NCBI GenBank assembly: GCA_965153455.1
Contig: OZ234493.1
Span: forward strand, 4,712,001 to 4,776,000
From: Sphagnum compactum
Taxonomy: Eukaryota
Reading direction: 5' to 3'
DNA: 64,000 nt
Part shown: in pieces, positions 12,846-27,154 of the stretch
How positions within the stretch are numbered: the stretch's first letter is position 1
Layout of the letters: each line of letters starts with the position of its first letter
Position numbers and translations under genes: made by a program
The notes under the pieces: generated by a model
The model's database searches: none
What the model saw: the letters and a program-made list of their open reading frames with translations, nothing else
What the model was told of the DNA's origin: nothing

Positions 12846-15414
12846 CACAAAGCCAAAATGTGGATTTTATGACTAAGACATCTTGTGACTAATGTCTAAA
12901 CATAGTCATGTGGTCATATGTGGTCTTTAGTCACTGCCATCTTAATGATTCTGGTCAATATTATGACTACATGATTATACATACAACTATAATTAGGACT
13001 GAAAATAATTATGACTAAGAATATGACTACACAATTAGTGTATTCATATTGCAACAATATTTGAATTTGAAATAGTATAGCCAAATTCAATTTAGTTTGA
13101 AATGGACAAACAAATGCTTAAGTACTCTAATTTAGTTTACCATAACCTAAATTAACTTACTTTAACACAATTTAACTTACTTTAGCTTAATTGAACATAA
13201 ATAACATAATTTAGTTTAATTTAACCTAATGTAACCCAATTTAACATAATTTAAACTAATTTATTTTAGTTTAAATATCTTATTTTTAACCTAGCAAACT
13301 ATAAATAACTTAGTTTAGCTTGGTTTAGCCAATTTTAGTTGGTTAAAAAAAAACCAAATTAACCAAATTGAAGCAAATTTAACTAAAATTAACCCTATTT
13401 TAGCCATGTTTTGCCATTTCTTTCCAAGTCTATTCAAGTCTAGCCAAAGTTATCATGTTTAACCAAATTTAGCCAAGTTTAACGTCAATACCTTAATTTA
13501 GTCTAACTTATCTAAATTTTGACAAGTTTAGCCAAGTTAAGTTTTAAAATAGTCATGTTTAGACAAATTTAACTTCAATACCTTAATTTAGCCTAATTTA
13601 TTTAAATTTTTCCAAATTTAGCCAAGTTTAACCTAAGTATCCATGTTTAACCAAAATTTTCCAAGTTTTGCTTCAATACCCTAATTTATCTAAAATTTGC
13701 CATGTTTTGCCGAGTTTAACCACGTTTTGCCAAGTTTTGCCTCAATACCCTAATTTAGCATAATTTATCTAAGTTTTGCCAAGTTTTGCCAAGATTAGCC
13801 AAATTTAACTTGAATAGCCAAATTTAGCCATAATTTTCCAAGTTTTGCCAAGTTTAACCTAAATAGCCATGTTTTGTCAAAATTTGCCAACTTTAACCAA
13901 ATTTAATTTAAAGTGCCATGTTTTGCCATGTTTAACCAAATTTAATCTAAAAAACCATGTTTTGCAATGTTTTACCAAGTTTTGCCAAGTTTAACTTAAA
14001 GAGTCATGTTTTGCCATGTTTTACCATGTTTAGCCAAATTTAACCTAAATAACCATGTTTAGCCAAATTTTGCCAAGTTTAGCCAAATGTAACCTAAATA
14101 GCCATGTTTTGCCATTTTTGCAATGTTTTGTTTCAATACCCTATTTTAGCCTAATTTATTTTATTTTTGCCAGGTTTTGCCTTAATACTTTAGTTTAACT
14201 TAATTTATTTAAGTTTTGCCAAATTTTGCCAAGTCTAGCCAAGTTTAACTTAAACAACCAAGTCTTTCCAATTTTAATCAAGTTTAACCTCAATAGCTAA
14301 ATTTTGCCAAATTTAACCCAAATAACCATATTTTGCCATGTTTTGCCATATTTTATCAAGTTTAACCTAAATAGCCATGTTTAACCAAATTTTGTGAAGT
14401 TTAACCTAAATAGCCAAGTTTTGCCAAATTTAACTTAAATAACCATGTTTAGCCACGTTTTTCCAAGTTTTGTCTTGATATCATAATTTAAGCCTAATTT
14501 ATTTAAGTTTTGCTAAGGCTAACGAAGTTTTAACCTAAATAACCATGTTTAGCCAAGTTTTGCCAAGTTTATCTTCAATATTCTAGTTTAGCCAAAATTT
14601 ATCCAATTTTATCTTCAATATTCTAGTTTAGTTGAATTATCCAAGTTTAGCCTAAACAACTGTGTCTAGCTTAATTTAATCAAGTTTAACGTACTTTACC
14701 CTAGTTTAAGTCTATGTTAGTTTATGGTAAGTAGGCTTACATTTAGGTTAAGAATGCTTAAATTAGCCTAGGTTAACCTTTGTTAGCTAAGGCTAGGCTT
14801 AAATTAGCCTAGGTCAACATAGGTTAGCCTAAGGTGAGTGAGGTTATCTTGAGCTGAAAACATTATTGTTTATAGATTAAAGGTAAGTAAATTTTATCAT
14901 AAACAAATAATGTGTTGTAATGGTTAAAGACTTGTTCCCAAAGTGGAGGTGGGGAATTCAAGTCCTCCCACTTGCAAACCTTAACACATAAGCATCTAGA
15001 CACCTAAACACTTAGATGCCTAGATACCTACCTTGGTGGCTTGCCTAACCTATGAAGCTTTTTTAACACCTAACCTAGGTTGCTTAGGCTAGGCTTCCTA
15101 GGCTAAGTCCCCTAAATTAGGCTAGCACGTGGCAATATTTGATTGGAAGGGAAAAAAATAGAAATTTTGGTTTAAAAAAAATTGTGACACATGGCACTTT
15201 GTGAAGTTGCCATTGTGTCTCGTTAGATCTAGGACTATGTCCTTTGTGATTGTAATCATGGTGAATCATAGTCGTTAATGTGGATGCGACTAATGCAACT
15301 AGTGAGTTTTACAATGTGATCATTTGGACTAGGTAGTCATGTAGTCAGCTTTAGTCATAGATGGCACGTACGACTAGATTTTTGTAGTTGTAAATGTCAC
15401 ATTTTGGCGTTGTG
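12846..15414. mobile_element. CACTA-like non-autonomous element with CACAA termini
   Basis: Left end CACAAAGCCAAAATGTG; right end reverse complement CACAACGCCAAAATGTG. Flanks AGA/AAA. Dense GACTA/TAGTC subterminal repeats at both ends. Confidence 0.75.
13290..14700. repeat. Degenerate ~10-bp-period tandem array (TTT[A/T]GCCAAG / TTTAACCTAA / ATAGCCATGT units)
   Basis: About 1.4 kb of repeated variants such as ttttgccaag, tttagccaaa, tttaacctaa and atagccatgt. Confidence 0.9.
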
Positions 15415-18400
15415 AAAATCCAGGTTTGTTCAATTTATACTATGCCTATTATGTGATTGTTCCAGTACCTAGATGCAAATCAAAAAAATTATGTAGCCTA
15501 ATGGTAAGTACTTAGGCCTACATACTTAATAAAACTATAAAGTGGGTGTTGGTTTAGGTGAATGAATGTAAAAATATTTTTCTAAAAACTAGGTAATGAT
15601 GTTTTTTGGAGGTGTGGGTGGACAGTTGGGCAATCATACTACAAGTGTCATTCGCACCTTGGATCATCAAATTGCTACCAATGCCAATGCCCAACATAAG
15701 CTAACGAATGTTTATTTTAGCTATGTCAAAACCTAATTTCAAAATTTTAATTTTGAAACCTTAATGTCTAAACCCTTAATCTAACTTTAATTTTTAAACC
15801 CTAAATTTTAATTGACTAACATGTGTTAATCTAGGTCACCTAAACCTTAATCCTTTATCCATGTGGCATTCTTTGAATATTATTCAAATTACACATGTGA
15901 GATATTGATTGACTCACATGTTTTGTATATTCAAATGTTTGTGTTGATGTACTAAATTAAATTTATCACCACATTTGATTAAAACATGTGGCATTTGTTA
16001 ATTGGCCACATGATGCCACATGTTTGCACTTAATTGGCCAATATAGTTTCCATCCGTTGGAAAATCCATGTGGGATATTATGAATAAAGTTTTAGTTCCA
16101 TGTGTCAAGTATTGATTGGTTGTGCATATGTTGATTTAAATAAATTTATTGATATTCTTCATTTGAATCAAATCAAGTTGAGACATGTGGTACCCCATAA
16201 TTTTATTTTCAGTGGTCCCACATGTATAAATTTCATGAAATTACATGTGGCATCACACCAATGGCGTAATATGAATAATAATAATAATTTAATTCCCCAT
16301 CCAATGGTTTAGAAGTAATTGCTGCTTGTTGTGACTACAATTGTATGTTTCAAATGACTAAAATTATTGTCCTAAATGTCTATAGTCATCTTTTCATAGC
16401 ACTATAGTCATGTGTTGTAAACTATTAAAGTCATGGTTAGTCATAATATGGCATTTGCAGCTATGACCATGTTATGACTAGTGGCAACAAGGGGTAAAAA
16501 CACACTATCGTAAACTTTTTTGGAAGTCATAGTGATAGTTTTTTTTTGAGTGAGTCAAGGATTGTTACATTGTATTCAAATCAATTTAAGAAACTTGGCA
16601 AAAGTGAAATGAAAAATTGAAACCTACATTCTAATCTTTCAAACCAAATTTTTTTTTTTACCGAAAGGATAAATGTTCAATTCAAGGTGGACTTTACAAA
16701 AAGATGGTACATCCAATGTCACAGTTCAAATTACCCCAAAAAATTATCATTATGGACTTTTTAGTGGAATTGGAAACGAAGCCTACAACTTTTTACCACC
16801 ACACATTGAAGTACCATAACATTTAAGATGAAAAAATCCAGCAAGAAAAAGTCTTTCAAAATTTTTAAGATTTAAAGTGAAAATTTCAAATTTGTAAAGT
16901 CCATTTTGATATATAAATTGATTTTTTCAAGGCCCATATTTTTAGAGGTTTTAAAAAAAGTTTAAAATATGGTGGTATGAACTTGGAAATGGAAAAAAAA
17001 TGTGAATTTCAACATCATTTAAATGTTTTTTTGAAAAATCACTAGATTTGGATTGTAAAAATGGACTTTCATCCGCCCTTTTTGGGTGAGTGTAGTATGC
17101 ATTTACCCCAAGCGACGAGTCCTTATTGACTATGTAGTCATCTAGTTATCTGTCTTCATATTACTACATATCAAGTCATGGATTAGTTATAAAATGACAT
17201 TTTTGGTGTAGTGTATTATAATGAGTTTGATGTCCATTAGTTTTGACCATGTATAGCCAAAACATCTATTCACATGCCAAATTCCAATCAATTTATCAAA
17301 CCTCTAATGTCTAAAATTTTGGAAGGCCTAAATCAAACCTTACCTTCAACATTGAAGCATTCATGCAACCTTTAGTAGATGCCTACCATCATCCATTATC
17401 ATGACACCATATGTCTACTAGAGCTTGAGTAACAATTCAAATATGTGATTATGCATAGTCCCTTCCTTGACTCCACATGCGAGCTTCTTCACTTGAAATG
17501 TTTGCATAACATTAGAACAAACACATATCACCAAAGGTCAACAAAGGCAACAATCAAAGAAAAGAAGCGAACTAAGATGTTGGACACAAACTATCTATAT
17601 AATATACATCCAACAACTTTAAACAACACTTATGCACTCTCAAAAATTAGAATGTATTTGAGATGAAAAAATATCGATGTCCAAATTGCCATATGTTGTG
17701 TGTGTTGAATGCATGTGTGCAAAATCTACATGAATGTGTTGAGTACATATTTATAAAACTTGGAAGAAGCGCTTGTAAGGTACAAACTAGTTTTCCTAGG
17801 TACCTAGATTACTAGATAGGAATCGGTGATTCTAGATCTAGGTACCTAAAACCTACCCAAACTCAAGTTCATTTTTGGGGACCAAGTGAAACAAGAACCA
17901 AGAGGTTTCATTGAAGTTTTGGAACCATGGTTGAATTGACCCTTGGTTTTAGAATGTTTTCAAATCGGAACTGAACTCATGGTCTAATTCCAAATTGTGA
18001 TTTTAACTAGAACTAGATTGGGTTTTTCATAAATTAATTTTGGTTTGTAAGGATTTAATGTGAAAATTTCAAGTTTTCAGATTTGTTTATCAGATTTGAA
18101 TTTTTTGTTTTTAATTTACAAACTGTTATTTTTCACCTATGTGAATAAAAAAACCACTTGTGGTTTGTAAATGTGTAATATCATTATTTTTCTTCACCTA
18201 TGTGAATGAAAAAACCATTTGCGAACCCACAAATGTGCAATATTATTTCTTTTCTTCTCATGTTTGAGTCGAAAAAACCACTTGCAAGTCCCCAAGTGTG
18301 CAATATCATTTTTTCCTTTTATTATGTGAGTTGAAAAAACCACTTGTAGGTTCATAAGTGCGCAATATTGTTTCTTTCCTTCTTTTGCGTGAATAGAAAA

Positions 18401-18689
18401 AAACCATTTCCAAGTGTGTAGTATCATTATTTTCTTCAGTTATGTGAATTTAAAAAACCACTTGTGGCCCCAAATGTGCAATTTTTTTTTCTTTAGTTAT
18501 GTGAATAAAAAAACCACTTATGGGTCCACAAATGTGTAATATCATTTATTTTATTCTTTTGTGTGAATAAAAAAGACCGCTTGCGGGCTTGCAAATGTGT
18601 AATATCATTTTTCTTCTTTGAATATGTCAAAAAAAAAAACCTATTTGTGGGCCCACCAATTTGCAATATCAATTTTTTTCTTTTCCCAT

Positions 18690-20976
18690 CACTGTGAGAA
18701 ATTGCATTTATTAAAACCACACTACCTTGCAACTAGAACTCAAAAAAAGTTTGTATACAACTATTGTGCAATTATCCTTTTGGTATTACAACTACTATCC
18801 AATTATCCCTTTGGAAATACGGGGAATGAATAAATAAATTCTCATGTCAAAAAATCAATTAGTTGTATTATAGTTGCAAGTGAATTAAAAATGGGTCTTT
18901 AATATGATAATTTGTTTGCATCATACATACATGTGTAGTCAACCATGTTTGACTTATAAGGAGTTAAATTGTAGTTGTATGTCATAACTATTTTAGAATG
19001 ATTGTAAATGTGTTTTTGATGCAACAATTATGTTGCAATTGATGTACAATGTACATACATGCGATCGTGCCATGTGTTCGCATTTCCACTACCCATTATG
19101 GGATACATTTGCAACTAGTTTTTTACTTGATTTCCATTGATACACCTAAAGGGCCACTAGTGTGCCACTATTGAATTAATAATGTTCAACTATGTTGTGA
19201 CTATTGTGCAACAACTTATAACTTAATAAGGATACAAATTCATATGTAATATTTTATAAAGAATTATTGTTTCAATAATTTGATTATTAGATATTAACTA
19301 TGTGTAATACATTTAATTATTTTAAACTTATTAATTATATCAAATAATTCATATTAATATGAATAAATAAATGTAACTCATATAATTAGTTTTAAATTAA
19401 TTGATTAACTTATTATGCTAATTAGATTGAATAATATGGATGTATAAGGAAAAATAATTATTCATCAAATAATAATCAGATAAATAGTTATTTGCATTGG
19501 GGATACTTAATAATGAATTAAACCAATTAATTAACATAATTAGTATTTCATCAATAATTATTAGATCATTAATTATTTAAACTCATCAACAAAATAATTA
19601 TCTAGATACATATAGTTAATTTAAATGTGAAACTAAAAGTTATGTGTATATTACATTAAAAATTCAATTTGGTGTACATATGAATATGTCTATTTATACC
19701 TTGATGTTTTTCTACCCAAAATTCATATGTAATTTTAAATGTTTAAGATTAAATCATTTGTTTATAACTTATTAATTAATATGTAATTTATTTAATTATT
19801 TTGAATTAATTACTTCAAATGATAATGAATTATTAATATGAATTATAAAATATTTAAATTCAAATAATTATTTTTTAGTTAATTAAATTAATTAATTAAA
19901 ATAACAAAAATTTCAAATAATACATGATTAGTTATATGAATTTTGATAATAAATTATCTGAAATTAGTTAATTAATTAGAAATAATTAACAAACTAACTA
20001 GATGAATTATTTTGATTAACTAATTAAACTAATATTTTAGATAACTAAATATTAAAAATTATTTCACATATATAAGTATCACATAATTATTAATTTAATT
20101 GTATGATACATAGTGAAAAACAAACACAAAATATATGGGAAAATCTTTCCATAATTGCAACTCAAATTGTAATTAAAAACAACTAAAGGATTAACCCATA
20201 TGTTTTGTCTTTGAACCCCATGTCACAAACTATATAAAGGTGTGTTTTCTTAGGTTTTCACATTAAAAAACAAGTGCCATTATCGAATGAGTTTAAAAAA
20301 ACTTAACCTTAAAGGCAAAACATATAATAAAATAAAAATATTTACATGGGTATTAATTCACTTAGTCTAGTACTTTCTTATCGACTTGCCTACCTATGCA
20401 AATAAGTAAGTCTTATTTTCTTACCTACCTAGGTAGGTAGGTAGGTAAGTAAGTATATAGTGTAAGTATGTAGGTCCTAGGACCTACCAACCTACATACC
20501 TACGGTTATGTACTAACCTACCTAGTTATTAAAATAGACATTTATTTTACTTTAATTCAAAAAATTCAATTAACATGCCATTTTTTATTGTGCCATGTGT
20601 CATATTCTCGGACCATCATTAAAAATCATAATAAACAATGAAGATCAATATTTTAAAAAATAATTTTAGAATCCAAAAATCCTCATAGTGCCATGTGTCA
20701 AATTTTAATGGATGGATGAAAATTAATAACATCAACATGACGTTATGGTTATAGGTGTAGTGGAGTTGCATAATGGTTGAAAATGAATTGTTTTGATAGA
20801 GTTGCAATTGAGTTGCATTGAATCACACTGTATATATGATGAGTTGCAACTCTTGCAACTCATGCGACTTGTCCAATGGCACTCACATTTGTAAAAATAC
20901 AATGAATTGCAAGTGGTCATTGCAATTCCAAAATGAGTTGTAGGGCTAGTTGCAAAACGCACTTTTTTTCATAATT
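18690..20976 (-). mobile_element. Non-autonomous CACTA element, family 1, copy C, inserted in the 60-bp array
   Basis: Begins CACTGTGAGAAATTGC and ends TTTTTTTCATAAT. Both arms are reverse complements of copies A and B. Confidence 0.85.
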
Positions 20977-21268
20977 TGCTTGAGTTGAAAAATCACTTGC
21001 AGGCTTCCAAATGTGTAATATCATTATGTTTTTCACTTATGTGAATTTAAAAAAAACATTTGTTGGTTCACAAATGTGTAGTATCAGTTTTTTCTTCTCT
21101 TGTGTGAATGGGAAAAAACCATTTGTAGGCTTGCAAGTGTGTAATATCATTTTTTTCTTTAGTTATATTAATAAAAAACATCACTTGTGGGTCCACAAGT
21201 GTGCAATATCATTTTTTTCTTTAGCTATGTGAATAAAAAAATCTCTGGTGAGCCCACAAGAGAGCAAT

Positions 21269-22074
21269 GGGTGAAAGCGCACTATGATGACCCCATTTGG
21301 GGCACTTTTGGGTCTTGTATTATAGTACATATAATATAGTGGTTCCAAAAACATGGTACATTTAATTTTGGGTATCAATTTTGGATTTTGGGCCCTACAA
21401 TAATTATTTTTAAAAAATTCATGTTATGTAATATTATTTTAAAAATAGTAATAAATTTCATTATCTATATTGATGGATCTATGAGTACATTTATAGTATA
21501 CATTGGTATAATTGAACCATAGTCTCATTTTGACTACACTAACTTTAGGACTTCATTAGTCATTAAAATAATCAATTTTAATGAAATTAAAAAAATGGCC
21601 CATCTAGCTATACTTGTCATCTTTTATGTGAAATGATTATTTGTCAATATTTCAATTTCCCACACATTTATCAAATCTTTGTTGAAAAACTCATTTTTTA
21701 AGATGAAAAATTTCAAATTTGTCACATGGTATTCAAACATGGATCATATTATATGAAATGACATGGTCAATATACTTTCAACTTTCATAAAGATTAAAAA
21801 TCATTTAAATTGTTTTTGGAGTATATTTGTGTTTTTGAGTACACAGGTACATTACATTTGTTTCCACAAATATACTCTAATTACCCAATTTATAAATTGA
21901 AATGAAATAATTTCTTTTTTAATTTCTTGCCTAGGCTATATTCTAACATAATATGCAAAAATATTATGAAAATCTTTAGAAAGTTTAGAGTGGGATACAA
22001 TCAAACATACACATCCCTAGAAAGAAGTACAATGTGACACCCCAAAGGGGCTCACCATAGTGTGCTTACATCCC
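21269..22074. mobile_element. MITE or non-autonomous TIR element, PIF/Harbinger-like
   Basis: TIRs GGGTGAAAGCGCACTATGATGACCCCATTTGGGG and reverse complement GGGATGTAAGCACACTATGGTGAGCCCCTTTGGGG. Perfect AAT TSD. Removing it restores the array unit (GCAAT|ATCATT). Confidence 0.85.
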
Positions 22075-25000
22075 AATATCATTTCTTTCCTTCTCCTATG
22101 TGAATGGAAAAAAAAACCCTTTGTGGGTTTGCAAGTGTGATATTTTTTTCTTCAATTATGTGAATAAACAAAACTACTTGTGGGCGCACAAGTGTGCAAT
22201 ATCATTTTTTTTTCTCATGTGTGAGTGAAAAAAACTTGGATGAATGTAATATCATTTTTATTTTTCAGTTATGTGAATTTTGAAAATCACTTATTGGCCC
22301 ATAAGTGTGCAATATCATTTTTTGTCTTTAACTATGTGAATTTAAAAAACCACTTGTGGGCCCATAAATGTGTAAATAATCTTTTTTCTTATCTTGTGTG
22401 AGTGGAAAAATGCACTTGCAAGCTGCTTGCAAGTGCATAATATCATTTTTTTCTTAGGCTTTTAAGGTTTAATTTTATTGGACTAATTTTTTTTATCATT
22501 TGTGATTCTTTTCATTAAAAAAATAATTGGGCATTTAAAAAGTTTTAGGTTGTTTTGCATATTTGAACCAGAGTTGCTAATCATGGAATTGGGACCCAAA
22601 ACTGATTCAATTTGAAATCAAGTTTTTAAGAAAATTCCAAGTCTTTTGGGTTGTTTTGCATATTATGTTCAAAACCTAAGGTTATGGAACCAATACTAAG
22701 AAAAATAATAAAAATTATGTTGGAAGCCTTTGTATCAAAATCCATTTTACATGTTTATCACAATGCTAAATGAAATTTTAAAAAAAACTACCCCCAAAAT
22801 AATGCAAAATGTACTAAAAACAAGTACTTTTTTGGCCTAATGTGTCTCCCCCCCCCCCCCCCCCCTCATAATGTGCTTTCACCCTAAAGAGCTAACACAA
22901 GAAAAGCAAAACTTCTAAAGTCTAACAAAAGAAAATCAAAACCTAAACATCCAACAAAAGTTCAAACCTTTAAAGTTTAGAATCTTGAGGTGTACATTCA
23001 ACATTGTAAAACTTCAAAAGTTAGAAATTAAAACCTAGAAGCATCAAACTTCAAAACTTGAAACTTATCATTGATTTCAAGATGTACACATGCAAAACTT
23101 GAAGGAGTGAGCATCCCCATTTCCCAAATCCCATTGAGCAACAACACAAGTAGCAATTTGAAGTAGCCAAAATTGCCAAATTTCGTCATCATTAATCTAT
23201 GATGCTTGCTTGTACACCATGTCCATCAGTCTAAATCCCCTCATCAACCACAAGCTTTTAGAATTCATCCAATTTTTTAATCCCAACACAAAAAAACAAA
23301 TGAAAACAATATAACTTGGAAATCTGATTATCAAATTCGACATTATCATTTTATAACAAAATTTCAATCCCATATGAAAATCCCAAAGCAAGATCCTAAT
23401 ACCTACAATTTAATTTTTTAGCTTTAAAAATGTTATTGCCAAATTTTATATTTCATTATTTTGCCACGTCTTGGTGATGCACACACAATGGAGGCATGTA
23501 AGGTGGTGAAAAGCTCACTGTGATGGCAACAATGATGGAGAAAGCTTGTTGGCAATGTGAAAGAAATGAATTAAGGTTTTTTGTTCAATGCTTCATGGCG
23601 GCAATCCTATCATTTGGCAACAATAGCACTAGGTGAAAACTTTAGATCAAAAACCCTTGTTTTCCTATTGAACTTGTCCCTAGCTCCTTAGTCCTGTTGC
23701 CTTTTGGTGGTTTTTCGCTAAAAAAACATGTTGATCATGACTAAAGTCACCAATTATGAAAGGTTCATTCATAATTAGGTCACATTAGATGATGTTGAAC
23801 AAACTAGCATTTGAACATTGTATGTGATTGAATACATTGACAACTTGCTTCAGAAAAATGATAATTTGACATGAAGATCAATGTGGGCAAGTTTAGGTTC
23901 AAGTGTTAGGTTAAGTTTTGAAATATCTAGACCAAAGGTTTAGAATTTTGTTGAACGATATTTGGATTTAGGCCATGAAATTGTCTTTTGTCAAAAGCAA
24001 ACCTTGAATCGAATTGCTATCCCTCTAAAAATAGGTCCAGGTTCTTTAGCCATATAAGTTCAAGGTTTTTTAATAGTGCAAAAACTAAACTCAACTTTCT
24101 AGGTTGTTACAATTCATATTTTGACAAACTTGATGAGATAAATTATGATGGTATTGGTAGTGAGCTAGCATCTAGCTTGTTGTCAACAAGAACCCTCTCC
24201 CAAAAACAACACAAGAAAACCATTAGCATTGATAGATATTTATGCAAGTTATTAGTTTTAGTTGGGTGCAATGTAAATGTAAATGAACCCCATCTCAAAC
24301 CAAACTAGGCTCCAAAAATTGGGGTCTCTACAATCAAAAGTTTTCTAAATCCAAAAAACTGTTCTGAAATCCACAGCAAACTTTGTATCAAACCAAAAGA
24401 ACACTTAAAATTGAAATCAAGAATTTACTTCAAAATCAAGATCTGCTCAACATGGTTTGGGACTAGTATGTGAAGTTGGGTTGGTTGCAATCTAGTTAGG
24501 ACTACAAGTTTTCACAAAACCATAAAAGGAAAAGGAAAAGAAGTGAGAATCTATGTTACCAACATGTCATTGATATTTGTGAGTATACCACTCATAGTAG
24601 AACCACATTGGACATTGTCATTGCAATTTTAGAGAAGTTTGATGAAATGACAAACTATTTGGCACAAAAAGAAGATTTTGGTGCCGAAATTGACATCCAA
24701 AGTGCTGGGTAGCAGTAATGTTACAGACATAAATTTCAAACAATATCCTAAAAATAGCAAGGAAAGGAAAATATACCCTGCCAAAACATCATCCATTGCC
24801 AAATGCTCACTCATAATAAGGTCACCTTGAATATCAAAGAAGCTTGCAGTGGAGTACGGAACATTGGGAGCTCCTGGTTTGGAAAATCAAGTACGCTGCA
24901 CTAAAACCAAACTATCAAAGTGGTGGGAACAAGGGTCACCTAACCAGTCCTGAACCCTTTTCCTAGTGTTCAGAAGAGCAGCGTTTGGATGTAGGAATTC

Positions 25001-26523
25001 AAAATGGGCAAGCTCTCACATGCACATGATGCAAAAACCTAATACTGTTCATCCCCTCTACAAAAGTTACATGATAGATGTTAGTGTTACCATTACATAT
25101 TGGACCCTTTGGGTGAGCATAATATGTTCTCTTTTGTCGTGTGCTACTAGATTGGTGCCTTTGTTGGGCCTTTTTGGTGTAAGTTGTTAAAACAAATGAC
25201 TGAGCCAGTCCTTCTTTTATATTAAGTGAGGTTCCCAAAGTGGGATAATCTCAAAATTGGGGTTCAAGCTTGGCTTGGCGCTCGCCTGGCATGGGACCCT
25301 CATTTCGGGACTTGCTTGCTCTAGGGTCTCAACCTACAGCAGGCAAAAGCCATCCCACCTTTGGTATGGAATCCCATACTGTGTAATGGTCCGCAAGGGG
25401 GCCACAGTAGGGGGGTTTGCCATGGACATTGTTAGACTTACTTGGTGGTACCTCGTCTGCATCACAACATATCTTCTACCATAACATATATTCACAGGTG
25501 CATATGTGTGAAAATACATATTATACCCAACCCATGTATAGCTAGTACTTGGAATTGAAATGCGTATACTTCCGCAGGTTTTCAAACTCTTTGGTATATC
25601 TAATAGAGTACACCAGCAAAAAATTGGCATATACCTTACCACATTTAGTTAATCTCCAATTTACCATGACTATGACAACCATTTGATCTGAGGCTTTTGG
25701 AACTTTTTTCCTTTGAAGAAATTTGTATGCACAAAGTTTGAGGTTAGTCAACAAAGCCAATTTGCATGGTGACATCCCCCCCCAAAAGATGGGGTCGATG
25801 TTCACTTGCCTAGACTTTATTATACGTGTAGACAAAGGTATACACCAGTATTTGGTCACCAGTCTGATAGGAGGGATCTGAGCTAATACTAGCCTTGTTG
25901 TACCAGTTTCAATACCAGATATATATCCCTTCCTCATATTCAACAAAAGTGAGTCTTGGATCCAATACCAGGACCAGCTAGTATGTGCAAAAGTTGACAC
26001 CAGGCCCAGGGTGTTATACACATATAAATACGCATACATGTGGACCATTGGAACCCGTACATGTATTTATAGATGCACATCTGGCCCAATGCCAATGTTG
26101 CAATTATGAAATCAGTTGGAGACCATCAGAAGTCTTTGGGGCTTGATCTTGTGAATTCCTCAGGAGAAGAAAATGCATCCAGATGAGATCTTTACACCGG
26201 GACCTTCTGCACTAGTTACACACTTCACTGCTCCACTACATCCAATATTCCCAAAAATAATGAATCTGCATGCTTATGACTGCCATCTCAAAACAAGAAG
26301 CCATTTTAAAGCCTTTTTTCTCTCTCTCATTTTTCCTTTCCTTACAAAGAAAAACTTCCACATTCAGCCAGCATATGCACGGATGTATCATGTGGGTGTT
26401 AATCAAAAAGCTTTTTCATTTCTATGTTGGGGTTTCAAAAAGGAATGTTTAAAATATAAAAAAAGAATTGCAAAGACAATTTTGGATTTTCATAATGTTT
26501 AAGTACATTATAGTTCTATGGTG

Positions 26524-27154
26524 CATGGGTGAACCCATCTTTGGGTGGTACCATTATAAACCACCTCAAGGAATGATTAAGGAACCAAAAACAATTATTA
26601 TTTTTTAGACTTTTAAAAACAAAATTCACAATTATATTATATTATATTTTTATGTTTATTCATTGTATGCTCGAATATATGGTTTGAAGTTTATTTGAGA
26701 ATTTAAAAATTTAAAAAATTTAAAATTTTACATTCCTAATTAAAATGATCCCTTAAAAAATTGATAGTTTCAATTTTAAAAACTCATAATTAAATGCCAA
26801 ATCAAAACTTTAAAATAGAATGATTTCCAAGTTATCCTAAGAAAAAAAAATCACAAGAAAACTTTCAAATCACATTTCAAATTTGTGTTCCTAATTAAAA
26901 AGTTCAAAGAAAAAAACCAACATTATGTTTTTGAAATTTTTTCTAAATGTAATGATTAGGAACATCAAAATACACAATATTCTTGATATTATTGAGATTC
27001 TAAAATCTATGGAACTTAATAAATATATTCATAAATTTTTTTAATGAAAATGTTTATTTAAATATTTCTTATGATTTTCAAAGTTTGATGAGTTTAAAAA
27101 AATCAACGTGTGACATTCCTAGTGATACCACCAAAAAATAGGTGTGCTCACATG
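26524..27154. mobile_element. MITE with degenerate ~33-bp TIRs
   Basis: CATGGGTGAACCCATCTTTGGGTGGTACCATTA versus reverse complement CATGTGAGCACACCTATTTTTTGGTGGTATCACTA. AT-rich interior, TA on the right flank. Confidence 0.6.

Larger units (their letters stand above)
18130..22455. repeat. ~60-bp tandem array (about 20 units) in three blocks: 18130-18689, 20977-21268, 22075-22455
   Basis: Approximate consensus TGTGAATAAAAAAACCACTTGTGGGTCCACAAATGTGCAATATCATTTTTTTCTTCAGTTA, interrupted by two transposon insertions. Confidence 0.9.

Noticed and set aside
13290..14700. Telomere-like repeat
   Set aside because: The period is about 10 bp and degenerate, not TTTAGGG.
9482..17213. Pairing the CACTA-like left end at 9482 (CATTAGGAGAAAAAGG) with the right end at 17213 (TTTTGGTGTAGTG) as one element
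   Set aside because: The TIRs differ beyond the first bases and the flanks (TTA versus TAT) do not form a TSD.
18130..22455. CRISPR-like appearance (regular palindromic repeats)
   Set aside because: The whole 60-bp unit repeats with no unique spacers, there are no cas genes, and the context is eukaryotic.
25542..26048. 168-aa minus-strand ORF
   Set aside because: No recognisable domain or coding-like composition; probably a chance ORF in intron or UTR sequence.
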